Assembly (NCBI GenBank): GCA_963665845.2
Contig: OY762492.1
Location: forward strand, 576,001-640,000
Length of the DNA stretch: 64,000 nt
From: Candidatus Poribacteria bacterium
Lineage (GTDB): Bacteria > Poribacteria > WGA-4E > GCA-2687025
Direction of reading: 5' to 3'
Positions 32,120 to 42,174 of this stretch are shown here, piece after piece. The notes under the pieces were generated by a model that saw only the letters and a list, made by a program, of their open reading frames with translations, was not told where the DNA came from and ran no database searches. The number at the start of each line of letters is the position of its first letter. Position 1 is the first letter of the stretch. The position numbers and the translations under genes were made by a program.

Positions 32120-33925
32120 ATGAAGCGCATGAACAACACGCCCGCATATGTCCAATGGAACCTGCCCGAAAGCGCCGTAGCCCGTCTCGGCAAGGGCTGG
32201 ATCTCCGACATCGCCTACTCTCCGGACGGGAAGCTTTTGGCGGTCTGCGCCGGGACAGGGATATGGCTCTACGACGCCGTGAACGGCGCCGAAACCGCGC
32301 TGTTGAGCATACGCAGCGAGGAAGCCAAAGCCGCCGCGTTTTCACCTGACGGAAAGACGCTTGCCGCCGCATATGATCACAGCATGGCGCGGTTATGGGA
32401 TGTTCAAACAGGGGAGATCTTAGATGCGTTTGAGAACGCCTGTAACGCTCGCAGCGCCGCCTTTTCGCCGGACGGAAAGACGATCGCTCTTGGCATGCAT
32501 GGCAGCGTCATGCTGCTGGATGTTCAATCCGGCAAATTGCTCGCTGAATTGAAAGAGATCCAATACGATGCGGCGTCGGTCGCCTTTTCGCCGGACGGAA
32601 AGACGCTCGCCAGCGGAAGCGGCGATAACATCGTCAGGCTGTGGGATGTCCAAACAGCCCAACTGAAAGCGGAGTTAAGACAGGAGCGCCGCGCCGCGTC
32701 GGTCGCCTTTTCGCCGGACGGCCGAACGCTCGCCAGCGGCGATGGCAAGAAGATTCTGCTGTGGGATGTCCAAACAGGCAGGCGCGTCGGCGAACTCGAA
32801 GGGCATACCGGCTTTGTAATGTCAGCCGCCTATTCGCCGGACGGACAGAACATCGTTGCCGCCAGCTACGAAAAGACAGCGCGCATCTGGAACGCCCGTA
32901 CCGGCAAGTGTCAACAGCGGCTCATCGGGCATACGGACCCTATCGAGTTTGCCGCCTATTCGCCGGACGGCAGAACGATCGCTACAGGCGAGATAGGACC
33001 CAGCGGCGCCGTCAGACTGTGGAACGCGCAGACAGGAGCCGAACGGCAAACCATCGAAGGGCATACCGACGTTGTCGGCGGGCTTGCCTTTTCGCCGGAC
33101 GGCCGGACGCTCGCAATCGGATATCAGGACTCAGCGGCGGTATGCCTGCGGGATGTCCAATCGCGCGTTTCGTTGGACATCTTGCGCGGCCATAACGCCG
33201 CCGTGAACGGCGTCGCCTATTCGCCGGATGGACAAACCGCCGCCTCCGCCTCCGACGACGGAACCGCGAGGCTCTGGGATGTCCAAACCGGGCGGGAAAA
33301 GAGCGTTTTATATGGACATGAGGACAGCGTTCTCGGAATCGCGTTCTCGCCGGACGGAAAGACGGTTGCAACCGCCGGCCGCGATCGTTCCGCGCGCTTA
33401 TGGGATGTCCAAACTGGACAACAGACAGCGGCGTTCATTGGACACACAGACGAGGTCAACGACGCCGCGTTCTCGCCGGACGGGCGGACGCTCGCCAGCG
33501 CGTCTGAAGACGGGACTATCATGCTGTGGGATATTTCAACAGGCGCCCAAATTGCGGCGCTGCAAAACGAACAGGTTGAATTCATGCGTCAAGTTCACTT
33601 TTCGCCGGACGGCGGCCTAATTGCCGGCGCCGGGCCGGGCAACGACGTCTGCCTATGGGATGTTCAGACGCGCCGCATTTATCGAACATTCAGGCATCCC
33701 AGTTATTATATGTATTGCGCCGCATTTTCGCCGGATGGACAGACGCTTGCTACGGGAGGTTTAGATAAAATCGTCCTGCTTTGGAATGTCCAAACAGGTC
33801 AACTCAAAAAGGAGCTGAAAGGGCATTCGTTTATGGCGGTCAGTCTTGCCTTTTCGCCGGATGGACATCTCTTAGCCAGCGGAAGCTATGACGGCTCTGT
33901 CCTGCTCTGGTCAACGGCAGAATAA
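32120..33925 (+). CDS. Cytoplasmic WD40 repeat protein 3 of 6
   Basis: PAYVQWNLPESAVARLGKG; WD repeats. Confidence 0.92.
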   Translation: MKRMNNTPAYVQWNLPESAVARLGKGWISDIAYSPDGKLLAVCAGTGIWLYDAVNGAETALLSIRSEEAKAAAFSPDGKTLAAAYDHSMARLWDVQTGEILDAFENACNARSAAFSPDGKTIALGMHGSVMLLDVQSGKLLAELKEIQYDAASVAFSPDGKTLASGSGDNIVRLWDVQTAQLKAELRQERRAASVAFSPDGRTLASGDGKKILLWDVQTGRRVGELEGHTGFVMSAAYSPDGQNIVAASYEKTARIWNARTGKCQQRLIGHTDPIEFAAYSPDGRTIATGEIGPSGAVRLWNAQTGAERQTIEGHTDVVGGLAFSPDGRTLAIGYQDSAAVCLRDVQSRVSLDILRGHNAAVNGVAYSPDGQTAASASDDGTARLWDVQTGREKSVLYGHEDSVLGIAFSPDGKTVATAGRDRSARLWDVQTGQQTAAFIGHTDEVNDAAFSPDGRTLASASEDGTIMLWDISTGAQIAALQNEQVEFMRQVHFSPDGGLIAGAGPGNDVCLWDVQTRRIYRTFRHPSYYMYCAAFSPDGQTLATGGLDKIVLLWNVQTGQLKKELKGHSFMAVSLAFSPDGHLLASGSYDGSVLLWSTAE

Positions 33926-33935
33926 ACAAGAAAGG

Positions 33936-35741
33936 ATGAATCGCATGCGCCACACGCCCGCTTACACACGCTGGAACCTGCCTGAAGGCGCCGTAGCCCG
34001 CCTCGGCAAGGGCTGGATTTCCGACATCGCCTATTCGCCGAACGGGAAGCTCTTGGCAGTCTGCGCCGGCCCTGGCATCTGGCTTTACGACGCGAAGACC
34101 TACGCCGAATTGTCGCTGTTAAGCGTCCACGGCGAGGGCGCCGAAGCCGCGGCGTTTTCGCCCAACGGAAAGACGATCGCCGCCGCCTATGAAGGCGCGG
34201 CGCGGCTCTGGGATGTCCGAACAGGCAAGATTCGAACCGAGTATGAAGAGACCGGCGACAGCCAGAGCGTTGCGTTCTCGCCGAACGGAAAGACGATCGC
34301 TGTCGGCAGATATGAGAAGGATGTCTCGCTGCTGGATGTCCGATTCGGAAAGACATTTACGGCGCTGAAAGGCGAAGAGTCTGTGGACGCGCTCGCTTTT
34401 TCTCCAAACAGCCGGACGCTTGCCTGCGACAGCGACAGCAATTCAGTACGGCTCTGGGACGCTGAAACGGCGAAACGCCTTAAGACGCTCAAAGGACACG
34501 ACGCCTATGCAACCTGCGCGGCATACTCGCCGGACGGAAAAACGCTCGCCAGCGGCAGCAGCGACGAGACGGTCAGACTATGGGACGTCAAAACGGGTCA
34601 ATGCATAACAACGCTCAAGGGGCATACCGAATCTGTCCATTCGGTCGCCTTTTCGCCGGACGGAAAGCGGCTTGTCAGCGCCGGCGCCGATAGAACGGCG
34701 CGCATCTGGGACGCGCAAACAGGACAGTATCGACAGCAGCTGATTGGACATATCGGCGGCATCGATTGCGCCGTCTATTCGCCGGACGGCAAAACGATCG
34801 TCACCGGCGGGCGGCTCGGCGACGGAACGCTCCGATGCTGGGACGCGCAAACAGCAGCCGCGCGTCAAACGATTGAAGGGCATACGCCGATGATCGACGG
34901 GCTTGCCTTTTCTCCCAACGGGGGGACGCTCGCTATCGGGCATTATGACGACGCGATACGGCTTTGGGATGTCCAAACGCGCTCGCATTTTAAAACTCTG
35001 CGCGGACACACCGGCGACATCGGCAGCGTCGCTTACTCGCCGGACGGCCGGACGCTCGCCAGCGCCAGCTACGACTCGACGGCGCGGCTTTGGGATGTCC
35101 AAACCGGACGGCAAAAAGCGGTTCTGAAAGGACATGAAAGTTTCGTCAACAGCGTCGCGTTTTCCCCTAACGGACAGACGCTCGCCACCGCCGGCGACGA
35201 CGGTACGGTTCGCCTATGGAATGTCCAAACCGGACGGCATCAAACGACTCTCATCGGACGCGCCGACAGAGTCCATTGCGCAGCCTACTCGCCGGACGGG
35301 CAAACGCTTGCTTCCGCCGGTTTCGGCGGAACCATACAGCTTTGGGATGTTCCAAGCCTTTCCGAAGCGGCGGCGTTGAAACGCAAAGAGTTGGGGAATG
35401 CGCTTCGCGTCGTTTTTTCACCGAATGGACATCTTCTCGCCGCTGTCGGATACGGAGGCGGCGTGTGTCTATGGGATGTTCGAAAGCGCGCGCTTGTGAA
35501 CATCTTAGAAGGGCATCTTGAGGACGGCGTCATTGCCGCGGCGTTTTCGCCGGATGGACAAACCCTCGCCAGCGGCGGAAATGACAAAACCGTACGGCTT
35601 TGGGATGTCCAAACAGGGACGCCTAAAGCGGCGCTTGAGCATGGAAGCGATGTGTACGAGGTTGAGTTTTCTTCGGACGGCACGATTATCGCCAGCGCTG
35701 GACATGACGGAACCATCCTGCTCTGGTCAACCGCTCAATAA
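33936..35741 (+). CDS. Cytoplasmic WD40 repeat protein 4 of 6
   Basis: PAYTRWNLPEGAVARLGKG; start ATG 33936 or 33945. Confidence 0.92.
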   Translation: MNRMRHTPAYTRWNLPEGAVARLGKGWISDIAYSPNGKLLAVCAGPGIWLYDAKTYAELSLLSVHGEGAEAAAFSPNGKTIAAAYEGAARLWDVRTGKIRTEYEETGDSQSVAFSPNGKTIAVGRYEKDVSLLDVRFGKTFTALKGEESVDALAFSPNSRTLACDSDSNSVRLWDAETAKRLKTLKGHDAYATCAAYSPDGKTLASGSSDETVRLWDVKTGQCITTLKGHTESVHSVAFSPDGKRLVSAGADRTARIWDAQTGQYRQQLIGHIGGIDCAVYSPDGKTIVTGGRLGDGTLRCWDAQTAAARQTIEGHTPMIDGLAFSPNGGTLAIGHYDDAIRLWDVQTRSHFKTLRGHTGDIGSVAYSPDGRTLASASYDSTARLWDVQTGRQKAVLKGHESFVNSVAFSPNGQTLATAGDDGTVRLWNVQTGRHQTTLIGRADRVHCAAYSPDGQTLASAGFGGTIQLWDVPSLSEAAALKRKELGNALRVVFSPNGHLLAAVGYGGGVCLWDVRKRALVNILEGHLEDGVIAAAFSPDGQTLASGGNDKTVRLWDVQTGTPKAALEHGSDVYEVEFSSDGTIIASAGHDGTILLWSTAQ

Positions 35742-35760
35742 ACAAGAAGGGGCGAAGCGC

Positions 35761-37560
35761 ATGAACGAGCCGCCCGCCTATGTCCAATGGAACCTGCCTG
35801 AAGGCGCCGTAGCCCGCCTCGGCAAGGGGTGGATCTCCGACATCGCCTATTCTCCGGACGGGAAGATCTTGGCGGTCTGCGCGGGCCCTGGCATCTGGCT
35901 CTACGACGGCAAAACATTCACTGACACAGCGCTGCTGAACGTTCATGGCGAACGCCCTATAGCCGCGGCGTTTGCGCCCAGCGGAAAGACGATCGCCGCC
36001 GCGTACCACCGCAGCGAAACGGCGCGCATCTGGAATGTCCAAACAGGCGCGGTTCAAACCGAGTTTGAGGTCGGCCGCCGCGCTTACAGCGTTGCCTATT
36101 CGCCGAACGGAAGGACGATCGCCGTCGGTCTGGACAGCGCCGTCCTGTTGGCGGACGCCCGATTCGGCAAACCCTTCGCAGAGCTGAAACGCGGCAGAGA
36201 CTATCATGCGGTCGCGCTCGCCTTTTCGCCGAACAGCCGCATGCTCGCCAGCAACGGCGTCAAAGGGGCGATCCATCTCTGGGACGCCGAAACAGGGGAT
36301 CTCCTGAAAAAGATCGATACAGAGAGCGATGTTTATTGTCTCGCCTTTTCTCCAGACGGCAAAACGCTCGCCAGCGGCGAAGACGACGAAACGGCGCGTC
36401 TTTGGGATGTCCAAACCGGACAGCTGAAAGCGGAAATGAAAGAGCATAGCGACGCCGTTACCTCCATCGCCTATTCGCCGGACGGGAGATACATCATAGC
36501 CTCTTGTTATGACAATAAAGAAGCGCGCATCTGGAACGCCCATACGGGACAGCTGCGGCGCCAGATGACTGGACATGCCTACGGCGCCCGCTTCGCCGTC
36601 TATTCGCCGGACGGGCGGATGATCGTCACGGGCGGATGGAGGCACGGCGGAACGCTCCGCGTCTGGGACGCGCATATGTTTTCCGAGAAGCGCGTTATCG
36701 AAGAACATACGGCGGCAGTGGACGCGCTCGCCTATTCCCCGAACGGCAAGCTGATCGCTTCTGGACATTGGGACGACTCGATTCGGCTGTGGGATGTCCA
36801 AACGCTCTCGCTTCAAAAAACGCTGCTTGGACATAAGGCAGACCTGGAGCGCGCCGCATTTTCTCCAGACGGCAAAACGATCGCCAGCGCGAGCTACGAT
36901 CAAACCGCGCGGCTATGGGATGTCCAAACAGGCAGGGAAAAGGCTGTTTTAAGACATGGAGACTTGGTGAACGACGCCGCGTTTTCCCCAAGCGGGAAGA
37001 CGGTCGCCACCGCATGCCGCGACCATACCGTTCAACTATGGGATGTCCAAACAGGGCGGCGTCAAAAAACGCTCCATGGACATGAAGGCTCCGTGTCCAG
37101 CGTCGCCTATTTGCCGGATGGACAAACGCTCCTCTCCGCGTCCGGCGAGGGCGTTCTTCTTTGGGACGTTCCAAGCGGCTCCCAAATTGCGGCGTTGAAA
37201 AGCAAGGAAATGGAGAGAGTGTCTCGAGCGGCATTGTCGCCGAACGGGCGGCTGCTTGCCGTTGTCGGAACCGAACGCGCCGCATGTTTATGGGATGTTC
37301 GAAAGCGTCAGATCGTCAGGCGCTTTGAAGGTTTCACCGACGAGCTGCTCTACTGCGTCCAGTTTGCGCCGGACGGAAAACGGATCGCGATTGGCGACGG
37401 CAAGCTGGTTCGAGTGTTGGATGTCCAGACAGGCAAATCGGTCATGACGCTGGAGGGGCATTCTGACAGCGTGAACGATCTCGCCTTCTCCCCCGACGGA
37501 AAAACGCTCGCCGCCGATTGCCACGACGGAACCGTACTGATATGGTCAATCGACAGATAA
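35761..37560 (+). CDS. Cytoplasmic WD40 repeat protein 5 of 6
   Basis: PAYVQWNLPEGAVARLGKG; start at ATG 35761 by homology to the paralogues. Confidence 0.92.
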   Translation: MNEPPAYVQWNLPEGAVARLGKGWISDIAYSPDGKILAVCAGPGIWLYDGKTFTDTALLNVHGERPIAAAFAPSGKTIAAAYHRSETARIWNVQTGAVQTEFEVGRRAYSVAYSPNGRTIAVGLDSAVLLADARFGKPFAELKRGRDYHAVALAFSPNSRMLASNGVKGAIHLWDAETGDLLKKIDTESDVYCLAFSPDGKTLASGEDDETARLWDVQTGQLKAEMKEHSDAVTSIAYSPDGRYIIASCYDNKEARIWNAHTGQLRRQMTGHAYGARFAVYSPDGRMIVTGGWRHGGTLRVWDAHMFSEKRVIEEHTAAVDALAYSPNGKLIASGHWDDSIRLWDVQTLSLQKTLLGHKADLERAAFSPDGKTIASASYDQTARLWDVQTGREKAVLRHGDLVNDAAFSPSGKTVATACRDHTVQLWDVQTGRRQKTLHGHEGSVSSVAYLPDGQTLLSASGEGVLLWDVPSGSQIAALKSKEMERVSRAALSPNGRLLAVVGTERAACLWDVRKRQIVRRFEGFTDELLYCVQFAPDGKRIAIGDGKLVRVLDVQTGKSVMTLEGHSDSVNDLAFSPDGKTLAADCHDGTVLIWSIDR

Positions 37561-37575
37561 ATTGAAGGGCGGCGT

Positions 37576-39369
37576 ATGCCTAGAACGGACGCTTACACGC
37601 AATGGAACCTGCCGGAAGGCGCTGCCGCGCGTCTCGGCAAAGGGTGGCTCTCCGACATCGCCTACTCTCCCGACGGAGAGCTGATGGCGGTCTGCGCGGA
37701 CGCCGGCGCATGGATCTACGACGCGAAAACATACGCTGAACGGAACCTGCTGAACAGGTCGGCGCTTGCCGCCGCCTTCGCGCCGGACGGCAGAACGCTC
37801 GTTCTCGCCGGCCCAGAGGAACCCGAGCTGTGGGACGCCTATACAGGCGAGATGCTAACGAAGTTTGAGGAGCCGCCCGATTCGCTGATCTACGCCGCTT
37901 ATTCGCCGGACGGGAGATTCGTCGCCGGCGCATGCTACGACCATACCGCGCGGATATGGGACGCCCGAAGCGGAAAACTCGTCCACACTCTTGAAGGGCA
38001 TACCGACATCGTCTACTGCGTCGCCTACTCCCCCGACGGCGCGCTTCTCGCCAGCGGAAGCGGAGACGGCGCGGCGCGTCTCTGGGATGCGGCGTCCGGC
38101 TATCAACCGAAAGCGGTTCTACAGGGACATGAGGACGCGGTCACATGCGCCGCCTTCTCCCCGGACGGCTTGACGCTTGCGACCGGCAGCGACGACGCGA
38201 CAGCGCGTCTCTGGGATGTCCAAACAGGCGGATGCAAAGCGACGCTCAAAGGACATTCCGCCCGCGTCATGTCTGTCCACTTCTCCCCGTCGGGAGAAAC
38301 GCTTGTGAGCGGCAGTTTCGACAAAACAGCGCGCATCTGGAATGTCCATACAGGACAGCTGAAGCAGCGGCTCATCGGATATGTCGGCGACATCGACTGC
38401 GCGGTCTATTCTCCAGACGGCAGAACGATTGCCAGCGGCGGAGGGCGTAAAGACGGGCGCCTGCTCATGTGGGACGCCCGAACAGGCGCCGTCCGCCAAG
38501 CCATCGAAGGACACACCTCGCATGTTGAGTCCGCCGCGTTTTCGCCTGACAGCCGAACGGTCGCGACTGGACATTGGGACAACGCGATTCGGCTGTGGGA
38601 TGTCCAAACGCGCGCGCAATTGATCGCCATGCGCGGCCATAAAGGCTATATAACATGCGTTGCGTTTTCACCGGATGGACAGACTCTTGCGAGCGCCAGT
38701 TTCGACGGAACCGCCAAGCTGTGGAATGTCCTAACAGGCGCCCATCCGAAGACGTTTTCTGGTCATAAAGGCGCCGTCTACAGCGCGGCGTTCTCTCCTG
38801 ACGGCAAAACGGTCGTCACCGCCGGCAAAGGCGGCAAGGCGCGGATATGGGATGTCCAAACGCTCCAAGAAAGGTCCATGATCGAGACGAATGCGGAGGC
38901 TGCTTATTCCGCCGTTTTTTCTCCTGACGGCAATTTTCTAGCGCTCGCCTGCAGCGACAAGACAGCTCAGATATGGGATGTCCAATCGCGGCGCCTCATA
39001 AAGACATTTGAGGGGCATACCGATGTTGTTTGGACAGCGCAGTTCTCGCCGGACAGCAGAACGCTGGCGACCGCCTCCGCCGATGAGACGGCGCGTCTTT
39101 GGGATGTCCAAACAGGCGCGCCGCTGCATACCTTAAACGGCCATGAGGATCGAGTGGTGTCGGCCGTGTTCTCCCCTGACGGACGGAGGCTCGCCACCGC
39201 CAGTTCCGACGAGACAGCGCGGCTCTGGGATGTCCAAACAGGCGCGCCGCTGGATACTTTAGAGGGGCATGCGGATGAGGTGTTCGACGCCGCGTTCTCG
39301 CCCGACGGGCGCGCCCTAGCGACCGCCGGCTACGACGGGATCGTCTATCTTTGGACGATTCCGAATTAA
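37576..39369 (+). CDS. Cytoplasmic WD40 repeat protein 6 of 6
   Basis: DAYTQWNLPEGAAARLGKG; WD repeats. Confidence 0.92.
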   Translation: MPRTDAYTQWNLPEGAAARLGKGWLSDIAYSPDGELMAVCADAGAWIYDAKTYAERNLLNRSALAAAFAPDGRTLVLAGPEEPELWDAYTGEMLTKFEEPPDSLIYAAYSPDGRFVAGACYDHTARIWDARSGKLVHTLEGHTDIVYCVAYSPDGALLASGSGDGAARLWDAASGYQPKAVLQGHEDAVTCAAFSPDGLTLATGSDDATARLWDVQTGGCKATLKGHSARVMSVHFSPSGETLVSGSFDKTARIWNVHTGQLKQRLIGYVGDIDCAVYSPDGRTIASGGGRKDGRLLMWDARTGAVRQAIEGHTSHVESAAFSPDSRTVATGHWDNAIRLWDVQTRAQLIAMRGHKGYITCVAFSPDGQTLASASFDGTAKLWNVLTGAHPKTFSGHKGAVYSAAFSPDGKTVVTAGKGGKARIWDVQTLQERSMIETNAEAAYSAVFSPDGNFLALACSDKTAQIWDVQSRRLIKTFEGHTDVVWTAQFSPDSRTLATASADETARLWDVQTGAPLHTLNGHEDRVVSAVFSPDGRRLATASSDETARLWDVQTGAPLDTLEGHADEVFDAAFSPDGRALATAGYDGIVYLWTIPN

Positions 39370-39683
39370 GAGCTGGACGATCCGCTGTCCGAGGCGGACG
39401 TTTTCTTCGACTCGCTCTTGCCGCTTTTTTCAGAGGTTTTAGCGGATGAATCGCTGGACGGCGCCGCGTCTTTTTTCTGCGCCGATTTATAGCCGTCGCT
39501 GCGGTAGTCGGTGATGTAGAACCCGTCCCCTTTAAAGATGAGACCCGCGCCGCCGCTGATGAGCCGCGTGACGGCGCCTTTCTTGCCGCATTCGGGGCAG
39601 TCGCGTATCGGATCCGCTTTGATGCTGTGAAAACGTTCAAACTTGACGCCGCATTCGTTGCAGCGGTATTCGTAGGTCGGCAT
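39366..39683 (-). CDS. FmdB family zinc-ribbon protein
   Basis: MPTYEYRCNECG...CPECG...FKGDGFYITDY with a Ser/Lys-rich tail. Confidence 0.9.
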   Translation of the reverse strand: MPTYEYRCNECGVKFERFHSIKADPIRDCPECGKKGAVTRLISGGAGLIFKGDGFYITDYRSDGYKSAQKKDAAPSSDSSAKTSEKSGKSESKKTSASDSGSSSS

Positions 39684-39757
39684 TGCGTTCTTTCTCCGCG
39701 CGTCTATTTTGGTTGATGGCGCTGCGCTCATAATGTTAGCGCCGAGACGCCGCAAAT

Positions 39758-41431
39758 TCACATCTGATTCGGCGCCCGCGCCCCAAGCATGTTCAGCCCG
39801 TTCGCCATCGTCGTTTGAACCGCCTTCACAAGCAGCAGCCGCGCCTCCGTCAGCGCCGGCTCCTCCGGGTCCAGGATGCGCCGCCGGTCGTAAAACAGAT
39901 GAAACGCCGCCGCCAGCTCCCGCAGCATGTGCGGTATCGTGTGCGGCTCAAACAGCTCCGCGGCGTTCATCACAGCGGCGGGGAAATAGGCGCACCGCTT
40001 GATGATATCGGTCTCCTCCTGTTCTTTCAACAGCGACAGGTCCGCGCTGTCAACGTTCGGCTCCGCGATCCCTTTCTCCCGCGCCTGACGAAACAGGCTC
40101 GCCGCCCGCGCATGCGCGTACTGAAGGTAGTAGACAGGATTGTCGTTGGACGTTTTCTTGACAAGGTCGATGTCGAAGTTCAGTTGAGAATTCATGTTGC
40201 GGTGAATCATGAACAGGCGAACCGCGTCCTCGCCGACCTCGTCCAGCAGATCGTCCAGCGTTTCATAAGTGGCGCGGCGCGTGCTCATTTTGACCTTTTC
40301 GCCGTCCCGTTCAAGCGTCACAAACTGGTGAACGAGCGCTTTCATGTGTGAGATGTCGTAGCCCAACGCTTGAACTGCCGCAAAGACGTCCGGATATTCA
40401 GCGATATGATCCGCGCCGAAGATGTCGATGATGCGGTCGAACCCGCGCCGAATCTTTTCCCGGTGGTAGGCGATGTCGGGCAGGCGGTAGGTCGGCTCTC
40501 GACCAGGTCCGCTTCGGATGATCGGCGGGTCTTTCGGCAAGCCAAACGCGGTCGCTTGAAACCAGACGGCTCCGTCCTTGTCGTAGGCGTACCCGGCGGC
40601 GCGCAGCTTCTCCACAACATCCTCAATCAGCCCCTGTTCATAAAGCGTCTGCTCGCTAAAATAAACGTCAAACACGATGCCGATGCGTTTGAGCGTCGCA
40701 AGGATGCCATTAAAAATGGTCTCGGCGGCGGCAGCCCGAAACGGCTCCACATCTTTCTCGTCAGCCAACCGATCCCCATGTTCCTTGATCAGTTCCTGCG
40801 CAATGTCTCGGATATACTCGCCTTGGTACCCTTCTTCAGGAAATTCAGCCGGCAGATTCAGAAGCTCAAGATACCTGGCGCGCACCGTTTCACCGAGGAC
40901 GAGCATCTGCCTCCCGGCGTCGTTGCTGTAATACTCGCGCGTGACGTCGTATCCGACCGCCTCCATGAGACGCGCGATGACGTCGCCGAAGACCGCCCCC
41001 CGCGCATGTCCAACCGTGAGCGGCCCTGTCGGATTCAAGCTGACGAACTCGACCAGCGCCGTTTGACCCGCGTATCGGCTCGATCTGCCGTATTCTCCAC
41101 CTTCATTCAGAACTTTCCGCAGCGCCTGTTCGCGCCATGCGTTTGAAAGCCAAAAGTTGATAAACCCCGGCCCGGCGATTTCGACCTTTTCAATCATCCC
41201 GCTCGGTTCAATCCGTTTGACGATGATCTCGGCGATAGCGCGCGGATTCATCTTCGCCTCCCGCGCGAGACCGAGGGCGGCGGAGGTTGCCGCGTCGCCG
41301 TGCGCCTCTTCTCTCGGCCGGTCGATGGAAATTTCCGGCAGGCTGTCAAGTGTCAGCTCTCCGTCCTCCCGCGCTGACTGAAGGGCGCCCCGTACCGCGT
41401 TTTCAAGCAGGCTTGCCGTTTCAATCCACAT
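39758..41431 (-). CDS. argS: Arginine--tRNA ligase
   Basis: GPGFINF, VEFVSLNPTGPLTVGHARG, KMSTR and YYLQYAHAR; the start overlaps the end of prcA. Confidence 0.96.
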   Translation of the reverse strand: MWIETASLLENAVRGALQSAREDGELTLDSLPEISIDRPREEAHGDAATSAALGLAREAKMNPRAIAEIIVKRIEPSGMIEKVEIAGPGFINFWLSNAWREQALRKVLNEGGEYGRSSRYAGQTALVEFVSLNPTGPLTVGHARGAVFGDVIARLMEAVGYDVTREYYSNDAGRQMLVLGETVRARYLELLNLPAEFPEEGYQGEYIRDIAQELIKEHGDRLADEKDVEPFRAAAAETIFNGILATLKRIGIVFDVYFSEQTLYEQGLIEDVVEKLRAAGYAYDKDGAVWFQATAFGLPKDPPIIRSGPGREPTYRLPDIAYHREKIRRGFDRIIDIFGADHIAEYPDVFAAVQALGYDISHMKALVHQFVTLERDGEKVKMSTRRATYETLDDLLDEVGEDAVRLFMIHRNMNSQLNFDIDLVKKTSNDNPVYYLQYAHARAASLFRQAREKGIAEPNVDSADLSLLKEQEETDIIKRCAYFPAAVMNAAELFEPHTIPHMLRELAAAFHLFYDRRRILDPEEPALTEARLLLVKAVQTTMANGLNMLGARAPNQM

Positions 41432-42155
41432 CGCCGCCGTTCCTTTCGTTGTCCGCTGTTTCGCCGAGCGCTTCGGCGAGTTCATCGCGCAGCGCCCGTC
41501 TAAATTTGCGCCGTCCGCGCGGTTCCTCTAAAAAAGCCGCCTCAAGACCGCCGCTGGAAACCGGCTCCTCATCGGATGTTTGGGCATGTTGAATCGCGTC
41601 CGCCGCAAGCCGCACCGCCGCATGCAGCGTCAAATCAGGCTCATAATTCTCATCCAGCCAAGCTGCTATGAGATTCGCCTTACCGCCGATGACGCAGAAC
41701 CGCTCATCGTCTCTCAAAACGCCGTTGTAAGAGATTCGGTACAGCTGATTCTGCGCATACCCAGGCTCCCCCAGCTCCGCCACAATCAGCTCCACCTCAA
41801 ACGGCTTCGCGTCAAATTGCCGCCAGACGTTGCCGATATACTGCGAATACAGGTTGGCGAGCCATCGCCCCGTCACATCTTCTCGGCTGTAGGTGAACCC
41901 TTTCAGCTCCGCTTGTTCGATGCCGACGGTGCGCAGCAGGTCGTATTCAGGGACGCTTCCGACCGCGGCAAAGGCGACTCGGTCGTAGATTTCGGAGATT
42001 TTGTAAAGCGTTCGGCTGGCGTTCTGCGCGACGATGGCGATCCCGTCCGCATATTCCAGGGCGGCCACATCCCGCCCGTATTTGATGCCTTCGCGGGCAA
42101 GCTCATTTTTTTCGTTCATGATCTGTTCTGGGGACGCGAAGAGCGGCGTCGGCAT
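41421..42155 (-). CDS. prcA: 20S proteasome alpha subunit
   Basis: SPEQIMNEKNELAREGI, KISEIYDRVAFAAVG, YSREDVTGR and KPFEVEL resemble actinobacterial PrcA; operon context. Confidence 0.95.
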   Translation of the reverse strand: MPTPLFASPEQIMNEKNELAREGIKYGRDVAALEYADGIAIVAQNASRTLYKISEIYDRVAFAAVGSVPEYDLLRTVGIEQAELKGFTYSREDVTGRWLANLYSQYIGNVWRQFDAKPFEVELIVAELGEPGYAQNQLYRISYNGVLRDDERFCVIGGKANLIAAWLDENYEPDLTLHAAVRLAADAIQHAQTSDEEPVSSGGLEAAFLEEPRGRRKFRRALRDELAEALGETADNERNGGDVD

Positions 42156-42174
42156 CGCAGTTCCTTAGGTCTGT

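Noticed and set aside
35518-35760. N-terminal extensions given by the ORF track for WD40 and other genes (e.g. 30211, 33888, 35518, 6792, 50819)
   Set aside because: They overlap upstream genes or repeats; homology among paralogues and RBS positions support the downstream starts.
28485-39369. Regularly spaced TGGGATGTCCAAAC as a CRISPR or DGR signature
   Set aside because: The copies are in-frame parts of WD40 coding repeats; no reverse transcriptase or adenine-specific template/variable pair is seen.
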